Positions 39,236 through 45,080 of a DNA stretch of 45,080 bases are shown in pieces (the stretch's first letter is position 1; every line of letters begins with the position of its first letter). The notes beneath the pieces were generated by a model. That model did not search any database. It was not told where the DNA came from and saw only the letters and a program-made list of their open reading frames with translations. The stretch covers positions 1 through 45,080 of IMG/VR virus record IMGVR_UViG_3300005095_000053; one strand, 5' to 3'. A program made the translations under genes and the position numbers. The stretch comes from a virus. Taxonomy: Duplodnaviria > Caudoviricetes.

Positions 39236-39436
39236 TTAGTTTTCTTTATCAAAATAAATTAGAAATATTGCATATAATAAATCATTGAAATTAATTCTAC
39301 AATCATCAGAATTTTCAAGTGCTTCATATATTACATCTTCTACATCTAAATTTAATTCTTTAATTAATAAATCAATTAAATCTATTTTTTCTTTATTAGC
39401 ATTAAAAAATATTTCAATAAAATTGTTTTTATCCAT
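39236..39436 (-). CDS. Small acidic hypothetical protein
   Basis: 66-aa ORF; AGGAG RBS. Confidence 0.6.
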   Translation of the reverse strand: MDKNNFIEIFFNANKEKIDLIDLLIKELNLDVEDVIYEALENSDDCRINFNDLLYAIFLIYFDKEN

Positions 39437-39758
39437 GTGATCTCCTTTTAATTAAATTTATTTCTTTTTTTAATTTTTCATTTTCTTTATATAAATCATT
39501 TGCATATGATAATAGTATTTCAACAACTTCTTTACAATCAAAAATATCACATAAACTAATTTCATATGTTTCTATAACATCACAATCATAATCTTCACTT
39601 TCATTTACATAAAAACTTCTACAATTAACAAGTTCTAATGTAATTAATGGTTCATTGTATCTTATCATTAATGGAACCACATAATCTAAATTATCTATCA
39701 TATCATCTATTGCATCATTATAATCAATTGTTTCAGCTGAATATCTTACCTCTTTCAT
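39429..39758 (-). CDS. Acidic hypothetical protein
   Basis: 109-aa Asp/Glu-rich ORF; AGGAGG RBS. Confidence 0.65.
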   Translation of the reverse strand: MKEVRYSAETIDYNDAIDDMIDNLDYVVPLMIRYNEPLITLELVNCRSFYVNESEDYDCDVIETYEISLCDIFDCKEVVEILLSYANDLYKENEKLKKEINLIKRRSHG

Positions 39759-39780
39759 TTTGTTTCCTCCTTTTTGTAAT

Positions 39781-40275
39781 TTAAATATTTTCTTTAATAA
39801 AAGAAATTAATCCATCTTTTGTATATGTGCTTATTGGCTCTCTATATTGTTCATATAAATCATTATTTATTTTTTTAGCAATCTCATACAATTCTTGTTT
39901 TGACATCATTTCTAGTGGTTTCAACCTAAATATATCTACACCATCATGATGATAATTTTCTACAATTATTTCTTCACTATCTTCTTCAAATGAAATAATT
40001 AATCTATTTGTATCTTTAATGTTTTCTATTACTTCTTCAAGTGACATTATTGTTAAATCATCAATACAATAATTGTTATTCCATTTCTCAACACAACCAC
40101 TTAAAAAACCATCAATATATCCATATTCTGTCATTATATATTCAAAATCTTCCATTGCATCATCAACAAAATATTCACAATCACAATCTTCACCATTATC
40201 TGTGTAGCATTTGTAATAATTATCACTATCAAAATACAATTCTCTTAATTTTTTCTTCATTTTTCTTTTATCCAT
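39781..40275 (-). CDS. Acidic hypothetical protein with HHDG motif
   Basis: 164-aa Asp/Glu-rich ORF; AGGAG RBS. Confidence 0.65.
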   Translation of the reverse strand: MDKRKMKKKLRELYFDSDNYYKCYTDNGEDCDCEYFVDDAMEDFEYIMTEYGYIDGFLSGCVEKWNNNYCIDDLTIMSLEEVIENIKDTNRLIISFEEDSEEIIVENYHHDGVDIFRLKPLEMMSKQELYEIAKKINNDLYEQYREPISTYTKDGLISFIKENI

Positions 40276-40290
40276 TGTTACTCCTTTTAT

Positions 40291-41742
40291 TTAAAATTTG
40301 TATTTTTTAATTGTTTGTTCATAGAACCATTTTGGAAAAGATTTAAAATTTTCAATTCTAGAACCACTATTTACAATGTTTCTTAATCTTGTTTTGTATG
40401 CTTTTATTGTTGATTTTTTCTTATTAAATTTTTCAAGTTTTTCAAGATAAAAATTCATTTCATAAATGATTTTCTCAATAATTGAACCTCTTAAATAATA
40501 ACCTTTTTTTCTTCTATTAACTTCATTTATGATATTTACTATCATTCTGACATCATCAGTATATTCGAATAATATTTTTAATTGTTCTATTGTTGCTGAT
40601 GCTAAACTAATTTGTTTCTCATAAAAAGATAAATTTTTATTTATATCTTTGTATGAAAATGCATAGTTATTATCTTTAATTGTTTTAAATATTGCACTAA
40701 TCATTTTTGAATCTTTTCCATTATCTATTTCTGGTATACCATGAACAAATAAATTATTTGACAAACATATATACTCAAATTCTTTTTTATTTTTTGTTAT
40801 TCTTGAACCACGACCTATCATTTGATAAAAAAGACTTTTTATTTTTGTTGGTCTTAAATCAATTATTCTTTCAATGTTAGGAGCATCAAATCCAGTTGTC
40901 AAACTTGTTACACCAACAAGAACCTTTATTTTTCCATTTTTAAAATCATTAACTAAATTCTCATGGTGGTTCTTTGAATGAAATACATTAACATTTAATA
41001 ACTTTGCAATATCATTTGCCATATCAATATTTGAACAAAAAATTAATGTTTGTCTATTATCTAGTGATTTAAAAAAATTTTTAAATTCATCTTTAAAAAA
41101 TTGTTCTTTATACAATTTTCTTATTGATTCTTGAGAATAATCAAACCCAGATACTTTTAAATCTTCAAAATTCATTTTTTTAATAAAATGTGGAATTACA
41201 TATTTTGCTCTTGCAATATAACCAAGTTCTTCAGCATCTGTGTATTTAATAGGTTCATATATGTTGTTTGATATTAGATTTCCTTTTTGATCAAAAGGCG
41301 TTGCTGTAAAACCTATTAATTTTACTGGTTTTAATTTGTTTATTATTGAAATAAATCTTTCTCCATTTCTTCTTTTGTGTGCCTCATCATACAAAATAAC
41401 AAGATCTTTATTATGCTTAAATTTAATTCTTTCAAGCCTATTATAAAGCGTTTGTTCACTTGCAAGTGTTATACTACCTAGAATGATAGAATCGTTGTCA
41501 GAAACAATTCTAGATATGTTTAACGACATATTTTTAAAGTGCTCTTCAAGTTGATTGATTAATTGTAAAATATCAGATGAAATAAGAACATTGTATTTAT
41601 CTAATATTTCTTTTGCTATTCTTGGCATTAAATATGTTTTACCTAAACCTGTGTATAGTTTTATGATTAGTTCTTTGTCTTTGTCTTTTTTCATGAAATC
41701 ATTTACTTTTTTAATTACATCACTTTGATATTTCCTCAACAT
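40291..41742 (-). CDS. Superfamily 2 (DEAH) helicase
   Basis: LRKYQ, TGLGKT, DEAH, TATP, LTTGFDAP, QMIGRGSR; start moved to MLRKYQ behind an AAAGGA RBS. Confidence 0.9.
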   Translation of the reverse strand: MLRKYQSDVIKKVNDFMKKDKDKELIIKLYTGLGKTYLMPRIAKEILDKYNVLISSDILQLINQLEEHFKNMSLNISRIVSDNDSIILGSITLASEQTLYNRLERIKFKHNKDLVILYDEAHKRRNGERFISIINKLKPVKLIGFTATPFDQKGNLISNNIYEPIKYTDAEELGYIARAKYVIPHFIKKMNFEDLKVSGFDYSQESIRKLYKEQFFKDEFKNFFKSLDNRQTLIFCSNIDMANDIAKLLNVNVFHSKNHHENLVNDFKNGKIKVLVGVTSLTTGFDAPNIERIIDLRPTKIKSLFYQMIGRGSRITKNKKEFEYICLSNNLFVHGIPEIDNGKDSKMISAIFKTIKDNNYAFSYKDINKNLSFYEKQISLASATIEQLKILFEYTDDVRMIVNIINEVNRRKKGYYLRGSIIEKIIYEMNFYLEKLEKFNKKKSTIKAYKTRLRNIVNSGSRIENFKSFPKWFYEQTIKKYKF

Positions 41743-41795
41743 ATTTATCCTTTTCACAACATAAATATTTTTTTTAAATAAAAAATGAAAAAAGA

Positions 41796-42170
41796 TTAAC
41801 AAATTTTTCTTATTATTTTTGGAACAAGTGTTCCATTTTTGTTTACTATTATCCAGTCTCTATAAAGTGCTAAAATTGGTAATCCTAATTCTTCTACTTT
41901 TCTTATAAGATCTTCTAGTTCAACTAAATCACCAACCGATCTTTTTTTTCCATCAATTCTAATTTCTAATTCATCTATTGTTTCTCTGAATACTTGATAA
42001 TCTATAAAATCTTTTTCTTCATTATTTCCTACTGTATAAATTCCTTCCCAAACATGAAATAATGAATTGTATTTAATAAACAAAGCTATGTTTTTTAATA
42101 ACTCTTTTTTTTTTGTATTACCATTAACTTCTATTAACATTTCATCAAAATTCCAAATAAATTTTTTCAT
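41796..42170 (-). CDS. Early hypothetical protein
   Basis: 124-aa ORF; AGGAG RBS. Confidence 0.65.
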   Translation of the reverse strand: MKKFIWNFDEMLIEVNGNTKKKELLKNIALFIKYNSLFHVWEGIYTVGNNEEKDFIDYQVFRETIDELEIRIDGKKRSVGDLVELEDLIRKVEELGLPILALYRDWIIVNKNGTLVPKIIRKIC

Positions 42171-42261
42171 TTTTGTCTCCTTTTTTTAATTTTTTGTCTT
42201 TATTTTGTCTTTAATATTTTGTCTTGATAAAATAAAATTACACAAAAAAGAACAAAAAATT

Positions 42262-42432
42262 TTATTTTGTATATTTTTCTAATAAGTTTCTCAAATAGTC
42301 TAATTCTTCTTGGAGGTCCACCGATATTGCTCCATCTTCTGGAGATGGAACATCTTTTTGAAATAGAAGATCTAACTGATCTTCTATTTCTTTGATTCTT
42401 TTTTTAATTTCTCTAATATTTAAATTTTCCAT
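42262..42432 (-). CDS. 56-aa acidic helical protein missing from the ORF track
   Basis: MENLNIREIKKRIKEIEDQLDLLFQKDVPSPEDGAISVDLQEELDYLRNLLEKYTK; AAAGGA RBS. Confidence 0.65.
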   Translation of the reverse strand: MENLNIREIKKRIKEIEDQLDLLFQKDVPSPEDGAISVDLQEELDYLRNLLEKYTK

Positions 42433-42443
42433 ATCATTTCCTT

Positions 42444-42716
42444 TTACAGATCTAAATGGAAGTATTTTAGGCTTTTATCTTCGATCATATATAAAACATT
42501 TGCATCATCTACATCTAAATCTTTAATAACATCACCAAGTTTTCTATAATCCTCATATCCAGACATTTCGTCTGGATCAAACACACCATATAAATATTCA
42601 CTTAAACCTAATTCAGTATTTTTTCCGAACCACCATCCGCAAAGTCCAACTGTGATGTTTTCCCATTCAGGATAAATTTCTTTAAAATTTCTAAAATTTG
42701 TGCTTTTTATTTCCAT
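42444..42716 (-). CDS. Early acidic hypothetical protein
   Basis: 90-aa ORF; AGGAG RBS. Confidence 0.65.
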   Translation of the reverse strand: MEIKSTNFRNFKEIYPEWENITVGLCGWWFGKNTELGLSEYLYGVFDPDEMSGYEDYRKLGDVIKDLDVDDANVLYMIEDKSLKYFHLDL

Positions 42717-42732
42717 TTGTACTCCTTTTATA

Positions 42733-43146
42733 TTAATTTTGATTTATTTTTTTTAGAATTTCTCTTTGTATGTTTTCTTCTAATTCTTCAAGTAAACAAT
42801 ATTCACCTCTATACATGATGTAACAATCATCTTTCAAACTGAAATAACAGCTTGTCGCTGTTATTCCCATAATATCTGTTTTTTTACATGAAAAATCCTT
42901 TATTTTGTCCATATCAGCTTTACTTATTAAACAAACGCTATCCTCTGAAGAGAGGTAGCATACTTGTATTCTTTTTTCATATTTATTGAAAAAAGGTAAA
43001 TACACGCAAAAAATTGTATTATCATCTTCTATTTCTTCTCTTTTCGGGACATCGCACACTATCTCTGTCCCTTTTTTTAAATCTAATTTTGTAGTTACAA
43101 ACTCTTCTAATTCTTTCTTTGTCTTGATATCATAATCTAAAGTCAT
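42733..43146 (-). CDS. Early hypothetical protein, Cys-rich
   Basis: 137-aa ORF; AAGGA RBS. Confidence 0.65.
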   Translation of the reverse strand: MTLDYDIKTKKELEEFVTTKLDLKKGTEIVCDVPKREEIEDDNTIFCVYLPFFNKYEKRIQVCYLSSEDSVCLISKADMDKIKDFSCKKTDIMGITATSCYFSLKDDCYIMYRGEYCLLEELEENIQREILKKINQN

Positions 43147-43294
43147 TTTTTATCCTTTCTTTTTAATATTTTTTATTATCAATAAAAGAACCACTAAATA
43201 ATATAGATAATATATCATTTGATGGTTCTTTTGTCTATTCTGTCTTTTTTTTGTCTGTATAAAAAGGAGGTTAATAAAAAATTTTAAATAGCTA

Positions 43295-43315
43295 AAAGGG
43301 GATTTATTCCCCTTT
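43295..43315. terminator. Intrinsic terminator-like hairpin
   Basis: AAAGGGGA-TTTAT-TCCCCTTT just downstream of gene 43325-43690. Confidence 0.6.
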
Positions 43316-43324
43316 ATTTATTTT

Positions 43325-43690
43325 TTAAACAAATAATATTTTTCCTAAATGAGAGCAAAGAAGTACTGGTTCTTTACTCTCTTTAATTATTTTATATAAT
43401 TCTAAAGATTGACTATCTAAAAGTTTTTCATCAAATTCATCTTTAAAAACATCATTACATTTATTTACATATATTATTTTTGTTGGATTAAAATCAAATA
43501 TTTTTTTATTTTCTTTATATACTGTAACAAATCCAAAAATTTCATCTACTCTTTTTGCTTGACAACATCCAGCGTTGTAGTCATATACTACAACGCCTCT
43601 TGCCGCTTGTTTTATAGCGGCAAGGATATAACAACTATCTTTTTTCATAATATTTAATTTTTTTCTATAAAAATTTCTACTTTTTCTCAT
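43325..43690 (-). CDS. Early hypothetical protein
   Basis: 121-aa ORF; AGGAG RBS. Confidence 0.65.
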   Translation of the reverse strand: MRKSRNFYRKKLNIMKKDSCYILAAIKQAARGVVVYDYNAGCCQAKRVDEIFGFVTVYKENKKIFDFNPTKIIYVNKCNDVFKDEFDEKLLDSQSLELYKIIKESKEPVLLCSHLGKILFV

Positions 43691-43818
43691 ATTTTCTCCT
43701 TTTTTTGTTTTTTATTTTTTTTTAAACATCTACATCAAAAAACCTAAAAACTACACATAAAAGAACCAATACAGAGCCCATTAGGGCTCTCTACTGGTTT
43801 TTTTAATTTTTTTTGGGG

Positions 43819-43989
43819 TTAAAGGGCTAACGCCCTTTTCCCTCTAATATATAAATTCCATTTATCAAATTTCTCAATAATAATAAAACCATTAAAAAAA
43901 CTAAAAAATCTAATTTCATTAAAATCTAAACAATCACAAAAAATTACAAAATTTTTAATTTTAAATTCTCTTAAAACTCTCATATCCAT
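43819..43989 (-). CDS. 56-aa Phe-rich protein missing from the ORF track
   Basis: MDMRVLREFKIKNFVIFCDCLDFNEIRFFSFFNGFIIIEKFDKWNLYIRGKRALAL; AAGGAGG RBS. Confidence 0.55.
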   Translation of the reverse strand: MDMRVLREFKIKNFVIFCDCLDFNEIRFFSFFNGFIIIEKFDKWNLYIRGKRALAL

Positions 43990-44036
43990 ATTAACCTCCT
44001 TAATAAAAATTTAAATTTAATTTAAAAAAGAACCAA

Positions 44037-44084
44037 AAAAATAATAATACAACCACCATCTATGGTGGTTCTATTATTATTTTT
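44037..44084. repeat. 22-bp-arm inverted repeat with one C.C mismatch
   Basis: AAAAATAATAATA-C-AACCACCA-TCTA-TGGTGGTT-C-TATTATTATTTTT. Confidence 0.85.
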
Positions 44085-44118
44085 GATAATAAATATTAAA
44101 CTGAAGATGAGTCAGGGA

Positions 44119-44343
44119 TTAATACCCTAACTCATCTAATAATTTTGCTGCCAGCATATCATCATATGCTGGCATAATTTCTTTAATTTTTTTGATAAAC
44201 TCTTTTTCATCCTCAAGAGCCAGTAGCTCTTGAGGAATGAAAATTGTTAGCCCATTTCTTTGGGCTATTACTCTACCATCAGGTAGAGTATCAAAATATA
44301 AATCCAAAATAGACTCAATTAATTCAAAATTTTTCATATTCAC
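44119..44343 (-). CDS. Early acidic hypothetical protein (hairpin-tiled CDS)
   Basis: Track ORF of 74 aa from GTG 44343; AGGAG RBS spacing favours ATG 44337. Confidence 0.7.
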   Translation of the reverse strand: MNMKNFELIESILDLYFDTLPDGRVIAQRNGLTIFIPQELLALEDEKEFIKKIKEIMPAYDDMLAAKLLDELGY

Positions 44344-44366
44344 TCCTTTTGTTAAATTTATTTATT

Positions 44367-44415
44367 CTAATCTAACATAAACATACTATTAAGTAGTATC
44401 TTTATGTTAGATTAG
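44367..44415. repeat. 22-bp-arm inverted repeat with one C.C mismatch
   Basis: CTAATCTAACATAAA-C-ATACTA-TTAAG-TAGTAT-C-TTTATGTTAGATTAG. Confidence 0.85.
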
Positions 44416-44458
44416 TGTTATATTAAAAAACGATAGCAAAAATGTTGAAACAGAGAGC

Positions 44459-45080
44459 CTAAATTAGACTCTCTATTTCACTTTGAATCTCTCGGAGGAG
44501 TTCATACTCCTCCGTAGAGATTTTTCTCTCTTTAAGTTCTAAAATATAACTCAATAATTCTTCTAATTCCTGAGTTCTATCGAACTCTGGATCCTGTTTA
44601 TTGTAAATTTCGTTTGGCTCCCAAAGCTTTGCTCTTCTTGGGAGCTTTCTATATTTTAGTTCCTTTTTCAACCAATTATACTCTACTTTCTTTAATTCAT
44701 TCTTGAGGAGCTCTTTTCCTTGCTCCTCTAATACTATTTTACTCCAATGGCCAGTTCTTTTATCGAACCAGCCATAAAATTTTTTCCCATTTTTAGCTTC
44801 TAAACTATATACCTCGAAGCTTGGGAGATCCGCAACTAGATCTCCCAATTGTAATCTTCCAGATTCTATCAATAAACTTTTAACCCTACTAACAATAGTA
44901 GGGTTTTTCACATATATTCCATTTAATAAGAAATATAGAAATCCTTGTTTTGAGATTTTAGGGATGATCTCGTCATCCCCTAAATAAACTTTATTGTCTT
45001 TGATATATAAAGCTGAATTTATAACTTCTGGAGCTAGATTATCTAGTTCCATGTCCAAATCAATTACATCATAAGTGCGG
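44459..45080 (-). CDS. 3' part of the 236-aa early protein starting at 180 (hairpin-tiled CDS)
   Basis: Open frame continuous across the terminal overlap; no family recognised. Confidence 0.85.
   Translation of the reverse strand, partial: RTYDVIDLDMELDNLAPEVINSALYIKDNKVYLGDDEIIPKISKQGFLYFLLNGIYVKNPTIVSRVKSLLIESGRLQLGDLVADLPSFEVYSLEAKNGKKFYGWFDKRTGHWSKIVLEEQGKELLKNELKKVEYNWLKKELKYRKLPRRAKLWEPNEIYNKQDPEFDRTQELEELLSYILELKERKISTEEYELLREIQSEIESLI
44990..45080. repeat. Terminal direct repeat, copy 2
   Basis: Identical to 1-91. Confidence 0.95.

Noticed and set aside
44367-44415. Integron attC site (ATCTAAC...GTTAGAT fits RYYYAAC/GTTRRRY)
   Set aside because: Shorter than typical attC sites, no extrahelical bases, sister hairpins lack the boxes, and no integron integrase is present.
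1-45080. Stop-codon reassignment or alternative genetic code
   Set aside because: Genes tile densely under the standard code, and TAA, TAG and TGA all act as stops at sensible gene ends.

Overview
This window is an apparently complete, circularly assembled, very AT-rich tailed-phage genome of about 44,989 bp unique length. Positions 1-91 repeat exactly at 44990-45080, and one gene reads through the join. The + arm (1018-27526) carries an HU-like protein, terminase subunits with an endolysin between them, two paralogous receptor-binding-like proteins, a putative lysis/membrane cluster and an N4/Schitoviridae-like head module (portal, acidic scaffold, gp56-type capsid). It ends in a 2286-aa ejection-type protein. 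The - arm (27523-45080 plus 1-591) carries a RuvC-like resolvase, nucleotide metabolism genes (DUF6378-like, MazG-like, ThyX), a primase/ATPase, a Cas4-like nuclease, a RepL-like protein, an SSB, a Sak4-like ATPase, an SF2 helicase and many small early ORFs. I found no integrase, DNA polymerase, RNA polymerase, tRNA or CRISPR array. Two DNA-level signals are not explained by the gene list. First, the non-palindromic heptamer GTGGTTC/GAACCAC occurs about 58 times by manual count (roughly 1-2 expected), on both strands, in many reading frames, and as inverted pairs after genes. Second, the putative early region (about 42.3 kb through the join to about 540) is tiled with 7-13 bp hairpins inside coding sequence, and its long intergenic hairpins share a C.C/G.G mismatch. 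All family assignments come from motifs recognised by eye, not from searches. The host is uncertain (an AT-rich Gram-negative, possibly Campylobacterota).
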